A stretch of 64,000 nt of DNA from Candidatus Omnitrophota bacterium (GTDB lineage: Bacteria; Omnitrophota; Gorgyraeia; Tantalellales; Tantalellaceae). Shown here piece after piece: positions 43,300 to 52,955 of this stretch. Within the stretch, counting starts at the first letter, position 1. Each line of letters starts with the position of its first letter. A program made the translations under genes and the position numbers. Where the stretch lies: assembly GCA_014728075.1 (NCBI GenBank), contig WJMG01000091.1, positions 13,181 through 77,180 of the forward strand, in the 5' to 3' direction. Under the pieces are notes generated by a model that saw nothing but the letters and a program-made list of their open reading frames with translations, was not told where the DNA came from and ran no database searches.

Positions 43300-43857
43300 A
43301 TGAGACGGAAAAAACAACATAAAGAAGAGGCGCTTCCGAAACAGGAAGAGAAGGTCCTGGATGTTAACGCCAGCATGCAGGGGACATTAAGGTTTGATGA
43401 TCCCGTTAATTTGAGGATAAGCGGGAAGTTCGAGGGCACGCTCGATACAAAAGGGCGTCTCATGGTAGGGAAAAAAGCCGATATCTCGGCGGATATAACC
43501 GGTGAAAGCATTTCTATAGCCGGTAATGTAAAAGGCAACATAAAAGCTTTCGGCGTACTTTCTTTAGAGTCGACCGCGGTTCTTGAGGGTGATGTCGAGG
43601 CTGCCAGTCTTTCCGTTGAAGAAGGCGCTGTAATAAACGGAAATCTCAGGATGACGGGGTCCGGATCCTCCGCGCCTTCCGGGCGGGGAGACTGGATGAC
43701 CATCTCGCAGCTGGCAAAATACCTTGAGGTCGAGTCCGCGAAAGTGACCGAATGGGCTGATGGCGGCATGCTCCCCGGCACAAGGGAAGGAGGAGAGTGG
43801 GTCTTCGAAAAGAACAAAGTGGACCAGTGGATAGCTGACGGAAAGGTCAAGGCTTGA
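43300..43857 (+). CDS. Bactofilin-domain protein fused to a C-terminal excisionase-type HTH DNA-binding domain
   Basis: Bactofilin (DUF583) beta-helix repeats are present (ISGKFEGTLDT...ISADITGESISIAGNVKGNIKAF...LEGDVEAASLSVEEGAVINGNLRM). A C-terminal MTISQLAKYLEVESAKVTEWADGGMLPG...GEWVFEKNKVDQWI HTH_17 follows. An AAGGAGG RBS lies before ATG 43300. Confidence 0.7.
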   Translation: MRRKKQHKEEALPKQEEKVLDVNASMQGTLRFDDPVNLRISGKFEGTLDTKGRLMVGKKADISADITGESISIAGNVKGNIKAFGVLSLESTAVLEGDVEAASLSVEEGAVINGNLRMTGSGSSAPSGRGDWMTISQLAKYLEVESAKVTEWADGGMLPGTREGGEWVFEKNKVDQWIADGKVKA

Positions 43858-43858
43858 T

Positions 43859-44224
43859 ATGCCCGAAAAACTTTTGACACTGGATGAACTTTCGGAATAC
43901 CTCCAGATAAAGAAGAAGACGCTCAACCGCCTGGTGGACAAAGGTGTCATTTCTGCGTACCGGATAGGCGGTGAGCTTCTCCGGTTCAGAAAAGAACAGA
44001 TAGACGCTATAAAGTCCGAGATAGATTCACGAATTGCCGAAAAGGACAGGTTGCTCAGGGAGGAGGGCGATAACCGCACGGGAGCCGAGCGTTTGCGGCA
44101 GATGCGCCGTAAGGGAAACGAATCGTTGAGGGATAAGGTCAGTGATTTCCTTTACTTCAACGATTTTTACATACTCTCGGCATGTATAATAGCTGTTCTG
44201 CTGGTGGTAATATTCCGCAGATGA
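43859..44224 (+). CDS. Excisionase-family HTH protein with C-terminal transmembrane anchor
   Basis: LLTLDELSEYLQIKKKTLNRLVDKGVISAYRIGGELLRFRKEQIDAI is an HTH_17. A C-terminal hydrophobic segment (FYILSACIIAVLLVVIF) follows. It starts 2 nt after the bactofilin-HTH stop. Confidence 0.6.
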   Translation: MPEKLLTLDELSEYLQIKKKTLNRLVDKGVISAYRIGGELLRFRKEQIDAIKSEIDSRIAEKDRLLREEGDNRTGAERLRQMRRKGNESLRDKVSDFLYFNDFYILSACIIAVLLVVIFRR

Positions 44225-44305
44225 GAAGACGGTCCGCGAAGCCCGCTTTCTTCATCGCATTCGCGCTGAAAGCAGCGAGTTGAACTTCAGAAAGATGATT
44301 TGCGA

Positions 44306-45265
44306 ATGAATATCTTTAAAGCCGTATGGGGATCCCTGTTTTTCCTTGCCGTCCTTACCGGGTCCTGTTACGGCGATACCGTTATACTCAAAAACGGCAA
44401 AAGGGTCAAAGGTCTTGTCCTGGAAAGGTTCAAGGACAGAGTGGTCGTTTCCACCTTCGAGGGTGAAAGAACGATAAAAAAATCCGCAATACGCTCGGTG
44501 ATCTACGATACAGACGAAAAAGCTCTTCTCCAGGACGCTAGGAACCTTTTCGTAAGGGGCAACTATGTTGATTCCTTTTACGCTTACGAGAAGGTGCTGA
44601 GCATAGACCCGGCCCATAGCGAAGCCAGGTTAAGATACGATTACCTTAAAGGTTTCCTTGAAGGAAGCGTGCGCGAAGATATCCGGAAGGATGTGGAGTT
44701 GAAACAGGAGGCGGTTACCGGAGGCTCCGGCGGTGATCCCTTGATGAAAGTCCGTGATGACCTGGGGGTCTCTATAGGGACGGCCGGCCAGAAGACCGTT
44801 GTGACCGAAGTGGTTGATGATTCTCCCGCGGCCCGTTCCGGGCTCAAAGAAGGGGATACGATAGTAGCTGTCTGGGGAGAGTTGACGGATTATCGTTCGG
44901 TGGAAGAAGTCGCGGAGATGATGAGCTCTCCGGGAGAAGTGCGCCTTTTGATAGCCCGTGTATACGAGCCGCTTCTCTCCGGTTCCGTATCCATTTTCGA
45001 CGGTATTTTGTTCAGCAGGTACGGCAGGACAATAGGAGGCGCCCTCAGTCTTGAAAAAGAAGGTGTTGTTGTTTCCGGGGTGCGGAAGAACGGCCCGTTT
45101 TCGAGAGCGGGGATAAGGAAAGGCGACAGGCTGACCGAGATCGACGGCGTTGATATTACATATATGCCGATGTCATCTTTGATAAGCAGGCTGCGCAGAT
45201 CGAGAGGAGAGCGTTTGCCGATCACCGTATTCAGGGATATAACGATATGGAGCAGGGAGAAATGA
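44306..45265 (+). CDS. Secreted/periplasmic protein with two PDZ domains
   Basis: A signal peptide (MNIFKAVWGSLFFLAVLTGSCYG) and two PDZ-like segments (GVSIGTAGQKTVVTEVVDDSPAARSGLKEGDTIVAV; VVVSGVRKNGPFSRAGIRKGDRLTEIDGV). Confidence 0.6.
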   Translation: MNIFKAVWGSLFFLAVLTGSCYGDTVILKNGKRVKGLVLERFKDRVVVSTFEGERTIKKSAIRSVIYDTDEKALLQDARNLFVRGNYVDSFYAYEKVLSIDPAHSEARLRYDYLKGFLEGSVREDIRKDVELKQEAVTGGSGGDPLMKVRDDLGVSIGTAGQKTVVTEVVDDSPAARSGLKEGDTIVAVWGELTDYRSVEEVAEMMSSPGEVRLLIARVYEPLLSGSVSIFDGILFSRYGRTIGGALSLEKEGVVVSGVRKNGPFSRAGIRKGDRLTEIDGVDITYMPMSSLISRLRRSRGERLPITVFRDITIWSREK

Positions 45266-45266
45266 T

Positions 45267-45815
45267 ATGGGGGGCATGAGAAGAAGGACGACATTGTTCA
45301 TCGCGAGGCGTTTTCAGATCAGGTACATAACCCTTATCCTTCTTATGATGTTCGCCGTGGTCGGTGTTACCGGTTATACCGTCTATGTCACGACCTGGAT
45401 AATGTTCGGAGAGAAATTAGCGGCGGTTTATCCTCAGGGCCTGCTTCTTGATATCGTAAAACAGGTAAATGCGGTGCTCGTCATGCGTCTGCTGTTCCTG
45501 GTCCCGCTCGTGCTTTTCGTGGGCCTTGTTCTTTCCAACCGTATAGCAGGACCCATTTATCGGATCAAGAGATATCTTTCCAAAGTAGCGGGCGGAGCTT
45601 ATTCCGGGCAGTTGAAGCTGAGGCATAAAGATGAATTGCAGGATCTGGCGGAAGTGATAAACCAGCTTGCCGACAAGCTGGATTCGGACCGTAAAAGCAG
45701 AATGGAAAAGATCGGTCATATGGATAAGGTGATCGAGAAACTCGACCGCGGGGAGATCCCTCCCGCTGAAGCGGCAGATGTCCTCAGGAGTCAGCTGAAG
45801 ACTTTCCGGGAATGA
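45267..45815 (+). CDS. Membrane protein with two TM segments and a HAMP domain, without any output domain
   Basis: Two TM helices followed by RIAGPIYRIKRYLSKVAGGAYSGQLKLRHKDELQDLAEVINQLADKL (HAMP consensus P...G...DE.) and a short coiled tail. Confidence 0.4.
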   Translation: MGGMRRRTTLFIARRFQIRYITLILLMMFAVVGVTGYTVYVTTWIMFGEKLAAVYPQGLLLDIVKQVNAVLVMRLLFLVPLVLFVGLVLSNRIAGPIYRIKRYLSKVAGGAYSGQLKLRHKDELQDLAEVINQLADKLDSDRKSRMEKIGHMDKVIEKLDRGEIPPAEAADVLRSQLKTFRE

Positions 45816-45909
45816 CTTTTCGTCTTCGCTGCAGCCGGTCTTCCTTCAGGGCGGGGGCGTTCCCCGGCAGCTCCCTGTTCTCGTCCGGGGATTTATAAAG
45901 CCCGTGAAC

Positions 45910-45938
45910 TTGACAAACCGGGGATATTTATATAATAT
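45910..45938 (+). promoter_or_regulatory. Candidate sigma70-type promoter upstream of polA (TTGACA-N15-TATAAT)
   Basis: TTGACA lies at 45910-45915 and TATAAT at 45931-45936, about 140 nt upstream of the polA start. Confidence 0.3.
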
Positions 45939-46077
45939 AATTATGCTGACAACGATATGGACTGCTCGTGAACTCCTTTCGCATTAACCCAGACAAACAG
46001 TAATCCGGAAACCGGCACATACCGTATTTCTTTTTACCGACCCCTGAAAAAATAAACCCTCATTAACATACCCCTCA

Positions 46078-48717
46078 ATGACCGAAAAACAAGAACAGAT
46101 ATACCTTATTGACGGTAATTCGCTCTGTTACCGGGCTTATTACGCCATCAAAGAGCTTGCGACTTCGAAGGGCAGGCCGACGAACGCCATTTACGGTTTT
46201 ATCAACATACTGGAAAAGATAAAACGGGAATACGGACCGGAAATGATGGTTGTCGCTTTCGATACTCCCGCTCCTACTGAAAGGCACAAAAGGTACGAGG
46301 AATATAAGATACACCGTAAGCCTATGCCGGATGACCTTGTTGAGCAAATGCCGGAGATCAAAAAAGTGATAAAGGCATTCGGTATACCCGTTCTGGAGAA
46401 GGATGGGTACGAAGCGGACGATATTATCGCAACGGTGGCCGAGCGCGCCAGGGATCAGGGGAAAAGCGTGGTGATAGTGAGCGGGGATAAAGACGCCTTA
46501 CAGCTTGTCGGAGAAAAGGTTAAGGTGCTGAGCCCTTCAACCTCCGCGTACAATCTTTACGGACCGGATGAAGTCAAGGAAAAATTCGGCGTGGAACCCG
46601 GAAAAATGGTCGAGCTTATGGCGCTGATGGGTGACGCCAGCGATAATGTTCCGGGGGTAAAAGGAGTGGGTAAGGTCACCGCTGCCAGGCTCATAGACCG
46701 ATATCGGACGGTTGAGGGGCTTTACGGCCACCTTGAGGAGCTTTCAGCTTCTCTTAAACAAAAGCTTTCCGATTCCAGGGAAGATGCCGAATTGAGCAGG
46801 GAGCTGGTAACGCTTGACAGGCAGGTCCCTGTAGACCTGGAGCTTTCCGAAGCGGCCGTACGGGAACCGGATACAGAGACCCTGATCCAACTTTACAAGG
46901 AATACGAGTTCAATAAGCTCCTGAAAGAGATAGCGCCCCGCGCAAGCAAGAAGGTGAACTACGAGATCTGCGACGCGGATAGGCTCAAAGCGTTCGCGGC
47001 GGGCTCCCGCGGGGGTAATGGCTTCGCTTTCTTTCCGGTCATAGACGATACTTCGGGCCGCCTTTCGGGCCTGGCTTTATCGGCGGCGGAAGGTTCGGCT
47101 ATCTTCGTGCCGACCGAGCTTGTTTCCGGGGGGGGTGATCTGGCTCGCCTGATGCGGAGCGATAAGGTCACCAAGGTCTGTTTTGACCTTAAGGCGCAAT
47201 TACGGCTTTTCCGACGGTCCGGCATCTCTATCGGCGGCCCTTTTTTCGATGTCATGCTCGCGGATTACCTGATCGACCCTTCAAGGCCGAAATACGAGCC
47301 CGATGATATGGCTATCCGTTACCTTGACCGCATTCTTTCCTCCGGAAAGAAGGATGTGAACTGGGACACCCAGGGGCAGGGCATGATGGACCTTTCGGAA
47401 GGGCCCGGCGACATCGAATATTTTTGCGAACGCGCGGATCTTTTCTTTACGCTGCGTCCCCGGCTGGAAGATGAACTCAGGGATAAGACGCTGATCCAAC
47501 TGTTCGAGACCGTGGAAATGCCCCTCGCGGAGATCCTGGCCGACATGGAAGATGAGGGGGTCACGGTGGACCTGGATTTCCTTTCCAGAGCTTCATCCGA
47601 AATGGGTGACCGCCTGGAAAAAGTGACGGCCGAAATATACGGTATAGCCGGAGAGGAATTCAATATTAATTCCCCGAAACAGCTGCAGGTAATACTTTAC
47701 GAAAAACTGGGTCTCCCGGCCCTGAAAAAGACAAAAACCGGTATTTCCACAGATGAATCCGTGCTTAAAAGGCTTGCCCGTAACCACGGGCTTCCCGAAA
47801 AGCTTCTGGAATACCGGGAGTTGAATAAGCTTAAAACGGCTTATTACGATTCCATCCGCAAACAGGCCGACCCTTCGGGAAAGATCCACGCTCTTTTCAA
47901 TCAGGCCGTAACCGCTACGGGAAGGCTTTCTTCCAGTGAACCCAACCTGCAGAACATTCCCGTGAAAACGCCGATGGGCCAGGAGATCCGTAAAGCTTTT
48001 ATTCCTTCATCGGGCGGCCGTTTACTGCTGGCCAGTGATTATTCCCAGGTTGAGTTAAGGGTTCTGGCCCATCTTTCGGGGGACAGAAATCTCATAAAAG
48101 CATTCGAAAGATCTGAGGATGTCCACAAGTATACCGCTTCACTTATATTTGACAGCTCCCTTGAGGAAGTTACTCCGGAAATGCGTTCAGTAGCTAAAAC
48201 GGTCAATTTCGGGATCGTATACGGGATAAGCGCGTTCGGGCTCTCGAAAGATCTGAACATCAGGATAGACGAGGCGCAGGGTTTCATAGACGCCTATTTC
48301 GAGAGATATTCCGGGATACGGGAATTCATAGAACGGACCGTATCCGAGGCGTGCGGGAACGGTTATGTCACGACTATCCTGGGCAGGCGGAGGTATATCC
48401 CGGAGATAAACAGTTCCAACGACAGGATAAAGGGATTTGCCGAGCGGGCGGCTGTCAATACCCCGGTCCAGGGATCGGCCGCCGACCTGATCAAGCTCGC
48501 TATGATAGAGTGCGGCAAAGAATTCCGGGACAGCGATGTGAAGATGATCCTGCAGGTTCACGATGAGCTTGTTTTTGATGTGCCCGGGAACAGGCTCAAA
48601 AAGGCGGCCGCAAAAGTAAAAAAAATGATGGAAAGCGTTTTTGACCTGAAGGTCCCCCTGGTCGCGGATGTGGAATACGGGCCCAACTGGCTGGAAATGG
48701 AACCGATGGACTTTTGA
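46078..48717 (+). CDS. polA: DNA polymerase I
   Basis: 879 aa with a 5'-3' exonuclease domain, a 3'-5' exonuclease-like domain and polymerase motifs A, B and C (DYSQVELR; RRYIPE...KGFAERAAVNTPVQGSAADL; QVHDELVF). Confidence 0.95.
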   Translation: MTEKQEQIYLIDGNSLCYRAYYAIKELATSKGRPTNAIYGFINILEKIKREYGPEMMVVAFDTPAPTERHKRYEEYKIHRKPMPDDLVEQMPEIKKVIKAFGIPVLEKDGYEADDIIATVAERARDQGKSVVIVSGDKDALQLVGEKVKVLSPSTSAYNLYGPDEVKEKFGVEPGKMVELMALMGDASDNVPGVKGVGKVTAARLIDRYRTVEGLYGHLEELSASLKQKLSDSREDAELSRELVTLDRQVPVDLELSEAAVREPDTETLIQLYKEYEFNKLLKEIAPRASKKVNYEICDADRLKAFAAGSRGGNGFAFFPVIDDTSGRLSGLALSAAEGSAIFVPTELVSGGGDLARLMRSDKVTKVCFDLKAQLRLFRRSGISIGGPFFDVMLADYLIDPSRPKYEPDDMAIRYLDRILSSGKKDVNWDTQGQGMMDLSEGPGDIEYFCERADLFFTLRPRLEDELRDKTLIQLFETVEMPLAEILADMEDEGVTVDLDFLSRASSEMGDRLEKVTAEIYGIAGEEFNINSPKQLQVILYEKLGLPALKKTKTGISTDESVLKRLARNHGLPEKLLEYRELNKLKTAYYDSIRKQADPSGKIHALFNQAVTATGRLSSSEPNLQNIPVKTPMGQEIRKAFIPSSGGRLLLASDYSQVELRVLAHLSGDRNLIKAFERSEDVHKYTASLIFDSSLEEVTPEMRSVAKTVNFGIVYGISAFGLSKDLNIRIDEAQGFIDAYFERYSGIREFIERTVSEACGNGYVTTILGRRRYIPEINSSNDRIKGFAERAAVNTPVQGSAADLIKLAMIECGKEFRDSDVKMILQVHDELVFDVPGNRLKKAAAKVKKMMESVFDLKVPLVADVEYGPNWLEMEPMDF

Positions 48718-48724
48718 GCGGTTT

Positions 48725-49303
48725 ATGGATAAGACCTTGAAGATAGGCGTTACCGGCGGTCTGGCATCCGGCAAAAGCACCGTTTCAGCGATGTTCGCCG
48801 AACTGGGGGCTAAGGTCATAGACGCTGACGCCGTTTCTCACGAGCTTTTACGGGGAGACCCGGAGGTGAAGCGCAGGATCCGGGACCGTTTCGGAGAAGA
48901 AGTTTTCCGGGAAGGGGAAGTCGACAGGGAAAGGTTGAGGAGAAAAGCCTTTAAGTCGTCAGAGTGTCTCCGCGGCCTCTGCTCCATATTACATCCGGGA
49001 ATAATAGAAAAGATAAAAAAGGAAGCGCGGGCTTCAGGTGATCCGGTGGTGATCGACGCGCCTCTTCTCATCGAGTCAGGGCTTAACGACTTCGTCGATG
49101 TTGTTGTTCTGGTCGCCGCTCCCTATGGGACAAGGTTGAAAAGGGCCGGGATGCGGGGGCTTTCCGAGGCTGAGGCGGTCAGGATGATGGAGAACCAGAT
49201 GTCGGAGGAAGAAAAGAGGGGATACGCCGACTATATAATAGATAACAGTGATGATATTGAGATAACAAAAGAAGGAGTAAGAAAGATATGGCAAAAAATG
49301 TGA
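48725..49303 (+). CDS. coaE: Dephospho-CoA kinase
   Basis: [16 protein letters not shown] is the P-loop. Start set at ATG 48725. Confidence 0.85.
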   Translation: MDKTLKIGVTGGLASGKSTVSAMFAELGAKVIDADAVSHELLRGDPEVKRRIRDRFGEEVFREGEVDRERLRRKAFKSSECLRGLCSILHPGIIEKIKKEARASGDPVVIDAPLLIESGLNDFVDVVVLVAAPYGTRLKRAGMRGLSEAEAVRMMENQMSEEEKRGYADYIIDNSDDIEITKEGVRKIWQKM

Positions 49304-50601
49304 GTAAAGGGGAAACGAGAAAGACCTCTAAGCGCCCGGAAAGGAAAGAGCTGGATATAGTGCAGCTTAAGAACATGAAGATCGGTGAACTGACCGAACT
49401 TGCCAAGAGCCTTAATATTAACGGAATAAGCGGTATGAAGAAGCACGACCTGATTTTCAGCATACTGCAGGCTAAGGTTGAGAAGAGCGGCCTGGCTTAC
49501 GGTGAAGGGGTCCTGGAAAAACTTGAGGATGGGTTCGGGTTTCTCAGGAGCCCGGATTATAATTACCTGCCCTGTCCGGACGATATATATGTCTCTCCGT
49601 CACAGATCAGGCGGTTCAACCTGAAGACGGGGGATACGGTCAGCGGACAGATACGCCCTCCCAAGGACGGTGAAAGGTATTTCGCTCTTCTTAAAGTGGA
49701 AGCCGTTAATTTCGAGAACCCTGAAGTGGCGAAGAACAAGATATTCTTCGAGAACCTGACGCCGCTCTATCCCGAAGAAAGGTTCGATCTCGAAACTTCC
49801 TCTGACGAGATCTCCATGCGTATTATGGACCTTTTGACCCCTGTAGGGAAAGGCCAGAGAGGAATGATAGTCGCTCCTCCATACAGCGGGAAGACAGTTT
49901 TCCTTCAGAAGTTCGCCAACAGCATAACTTCCAATTATCCCGAAGTAAAGCTCATCATACTGTTGATCGATGAGCGTCCCGAGGAAGTTACGGACATGCA
50001 GAGGTCGGTAGACGCGGAAGTTATAAGTTCTACTTTTGACGAGCCGCAGCAGAGGCATTGTCAGGTAGCTGAAATGGTCCTCGAAAAGGCCAAACGGCTG
50101 GTCGAGCATAAGCATGATGTTGTAATATTGCTTGATTCGATAACGAGGCTGGCCAGGGCATATAACACAGTGGTGCCCCATTCGGGAAAGATATTGTCCG
50201 GCGGGGTCGACTCCAACGCCCTCCACAGACCCAAAAGGTTCTTCGGAGCCGCCAGGAATATCGAAGAAGGGGGAAGTCTGACCATAATAGCGACCGCGCT
50301 TATTGATACGGGAAGCAGGATGGATGAAGTTATTTTCGAGGAGTTCAAAGGGACCGGAAATATGGAAATACAGCTTGACCGCAGCCTTTTCCAGAGAAGG
50401 ATATTCCCCGCGATCGACATTAAGCGTTCTAATACCCGGAAGGAAGATCTTCTGATAGAGCCCGATGAATTGCAGAAGATATGGCTCATGCGCAAGGCGC
50501 TGAGCGACCTCGATTCAGCGGAAGCTATGCAGCTTCTTATCAGCCGGATGAAAAAGAGCAAGGATAACGAGGAATTTCTCAACAATATGGGACAGGCTTG
50601 A
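49288..50601 (+). CDS. rho: Transcription termination factor Rho
   Basis: An N-terminal Rho_N/CSD domain, the Walker A motif GKTVFLQ, and Q- and R-loops (LIDERPEEV...[27 protein letters not shown]). Confidence 0.95.
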   Translation: MAKNVSKGETRKTSKRPERKELDIVQLKNMKIGELTELAKSLNINGISGMKKHDLIFSILQAKVEKSGLAYGEGVLEKLEDGFGFLRSPDYNYLPCPDDIYVSPSQIRRFNLKTGDTVSGQIRPPKDGERYFALLKVEAVNFENPEVAKNKIFFENLTPLYPEERFDLETSSDEISMRIMDLLTPVGKGQRGMIVAPPYSGKTVFLQKFANSITSNYPEVKLIILLIDERPEEVTDMQRSVDAEVISSTFDEPQQRHCQVAEMVLEKAKRLVEHKHDVVILLDSITRLARAYNTVVPHSGKILSGGVDSNALHRPKRFFGAARNIEEGGSLTIIATALIDTGSRMDEVIFEEFKGTGNMEIQLDRSLFQRRIFPAIDIKRSNTRKEDLLIEPDELQKIWLMRKALSDLDSAEAMQLLISRMKKSKDNEEFLNNMGQA

Positions 50602-50831
50602 TCGGCCCAAAGGGAATCGTATCTTTCCCGGATCCCGGTCGAGGATTTCATAGAAAAGAGCCTGTATCGGAATGTTGTTTCTTGAACTTCCTGTCAACTT
50701 AACATGCTATGCGCTTTTTTCCCGGCGAGGTCCACGGAACGCAATAAATACTTGATATTTACGCTAAATTTAGTACAATATTAGTTCGCCTTGACATGCG
50801 TATAAATAAATATATATAAGGAGGGTTAGAA

Positions 50832-51077
50832 GTGAAGAAAGGTATACATCCTAAATATGAGGATTCGACGATCGTATGTGTGTGCGGGAACACGGTGCAT
50901 ACCCGTTCCACTAAACCCAGTATACATGTAGAGATATGTTCCAAATGCCATCCTTTCTATACCGGAAAACAGAAACTTGTCGACTCCGCCGGTATGGTCG
51001 AAAGGTTTCAGAAAAGGTATGCCTCAAAGGGCAAGAAGGCCGCAAAGAAGCAGGAGAAACCCGCTGAAGGTGAATGA
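50832..51077 (+). CDS. rpmE: 50S ribosomal protein L31
   Basis: [29 protein letters not shown]...[17 protein letters not shown] start is preceded by an AAGGAGGG RBS. Confidence 0.9.
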   Translation: MKKGIHPKYEDSTIVCVCGNTVHTRSTKPSIHVEICSKCHPFYTGKQKLVDSAGMVERFQKRYASKGKKAAKKQEKPAEGE

Positions 51078-51187
51078 TCTGCTTAAGCGGCGTCAGATAT
51101 AGATCAAAGGCTAAAGGAACAATTTGACAGATGGTTGGCGGATCGTAAAGGATTTGCCAATCATGTTTTTTTATTAATTAATATTAT

Positions 51188-52255
51188 ATGTTCGAGTCTC
51201 TCAAAGATAAAAAAGAACAGTTCAAAAAGCTGGAGAAAGAGCTTTCTTCTCCGGACCTGTTATCCGACAGGGAGAAATACCGTGAAAAAACAAAGCAATA
51301 CGCGGATCTCAAGGAAATAGTCGAGGAATATGACAGGTATCTCGCTCTCGAAGCGGAACGGGAATCCCTTTGCCGGATGATAGAAGAGGAGGGCGAAAGC
51401 GAATACGCCCAGCTGGCGGGAAAAGAACTGGAAGGAATAGAAAAAGCCCTTGGCGGCAAAAAAAAGGACCTGGAGGACCTTTTGCTGCTGGAAGACTCCG
51501 AAGAGCTCAAGAGGAATGTGATAATGGAGATCCGTGCCGGTACCGGAGGCGTGGAAGCCGGTCTTTTTGCCGGAGACCTTTATAAGATGTATACGAAATA
51601 TTCCGCCGCGAAGGGATGGAAGACCCCGGTCATCAGTCTTACCGAAACGGAGCTGGGGGGAGTAAAGGAAGTTATTTTTTCCGTTGAGGGACACAATGTG
51701 TTCAGGCACCTGAGGTTCGAGAAAGGTACCCACAGGGTACAGCGGGTCCCCGAGACTGAAGCCAGCGGAAGGATCCATACTTCGGCCGCTACGGTGGCGG
51801 TGCTTCCCGAAGCGGAAGATGTGGAGGTAGACATCAATTCTCAGGATCTGAGGATAGATGTCTACAGGGCGAGCGGGGCCGGAGGACAGCATGTCAACAA
51901 GACCGAATCGGCGGTTCGTATAACTCATTTGCCTACCGGAATAGTGGTAAGCTGTCAGGACGAAAGAAGTCAGCACAAGAACAAGAACAAGGCCATGAAA
52001 GTGCTGAAAGCCCGTCTGCTTGAGAAAAAAGAGGAAGACCAGATGAAACAGCGTTCTGAGGCAAGAAAAAAACAGGTAGGCAGCGGAGACAGGTCGGAGA
52101 AGATCAGGACCTACAATTTTCCCGAGAACAGGGTGACCGACCACCGGATAAACCTGTCGCTGTATGATCTGGCCAATATCCTGGAGGGGGATCTCGAGGG
52201 ACTTGTGGAGGCGCTTAACAAGGCCGACAGGGAGCTCAGGCTGAATGAGGCATGA
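51188..52255 (+). CDS. prfA: Peptide chain release factor 1
   Basis: The GGQ motif ([19 protein letters not shown]) and the RF1 PxT region are present. Confidence 0.95.
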   Translation: MFESLKDKKEQFKKLEKELSSPDLLSDREKYREKTKQYADLKEIVEEYDRYLALEAERESLCRMIEEEGESEYAQLAGKELEGIEKALGGKKKDLEDLLLLEDSEELKRNVIMEIRAGTGGVEAGLFAGDLYKMYTKYSAAKGWKTPVISLTETELGGVKEVIFSVEGHNVFRHLRFEKGTHRVQRVPETEASGRIHTSAATVAVLPEAEDVEVDINSQDLRIDVYRASGAGGQHVNKTESAVRITHLPTGIVVSCQDERSQHKNKNKAMKVLKARLLEKKEEDQMKQRSEARKKQVGSGDRSEKIRTYNFPENRVTDHRINLSLYDLANILEGDLEGLVEALNKADRELRLNEA

Positions 52256-52955
52256 TATGTCCGAATTGTCCGTTGATAACGCTCTGAACGAGAATATACC
52301 GGTACAGTACAGGAAGGGCAAGGCGTCTTTCCTGGACATTGATGTTTCCGTGGATCCCAGGGTGTTTATACCCAGGCCCGAGACCGGGGTCCTCGTTAAG
52401 GTTGTTTGCGAAACCTGTCGTAAGGAAGGGTGGGACGGTCCGCGTATTCTGGAACTGGGAACGGGCAGCGGGATAATACCTATAAGCCTTGCCAGGCGTC
52501 TTCCCGGTGTGCGCATAACGGCAGTGGATATTTCCAGGGACGCTTTGGCCGTGGCCGCGGATAACATTAACGCTTTCGGGGTTTCCGGCCGTATAGATCT
52601 TCTGGAGTCTGACATGTTCGATTCACTGGGGCAGGGGTATACGGAAATTTTTGATGTTATCGTGTCAAATCCTCCCTATGTTTCGGAGCCGGATCTCGCG
52701 CGTCTGGATGTATGGGTAAAGGCCGAACCCGAGATAGCGCTTTTGTCCGGGGATGAGGGGATGGACCACCTTATGATAATAGCTTCGCGGTCAAGGCGTT
52801 ACCTGAAAAAAGGCGGCATGGTAGCCGTTGAGGTCGGATATGACCAGGCTGAAAAGGTCAAGCGCGCTTTCAGGGAGAACGGGTTGGAGGAGATCGCTTC
52901 TTTTCGGGATGAAGCCGGCCACGAGCGGGTAATAACGGGGCGTAAGAATGGATAA
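52245..52955 (+). CDS. prmC: Release factor glutamine methyltransferase. The start may be ATG 52257.
   Basis: The HemK-family NPPY motif (VSNPPYV) and SAM motif I ([10 protein letters not shown]) are present. The gene follows prfA. Confidence 0.85.
   Translation: MRHDMSELSVDNALNENIPVQYRKGKASFLDIDVSVDPRVFIPRPETGVLVKVVCETCRKEGWDGPRILELGTGSGIIPISLARRLPGVRITAVDISRDALAVAADNINAFGVSGRIDLLESDMFDSLGQGYTEIFDVIVSNPPYVSEPDLARLDVWVKAEPEIALLSGDEGMDHLMIIASRSRRYLKKGGMVAVEVGYDQAEKVKRAFRENGLEEIASFRDEAGHERVITGRKNG

Noticed and set aside
50791-50820. TTGACA-N17-ATATAA promoter candidate upstream of rpmE.
   Set aside because: The -10 element would overlap the AAGGAGGG ribosome-binding site, so the transcript would lack its own RBS. 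The TTGACA is more likely fortuitous, or the real promoter is further upstream.
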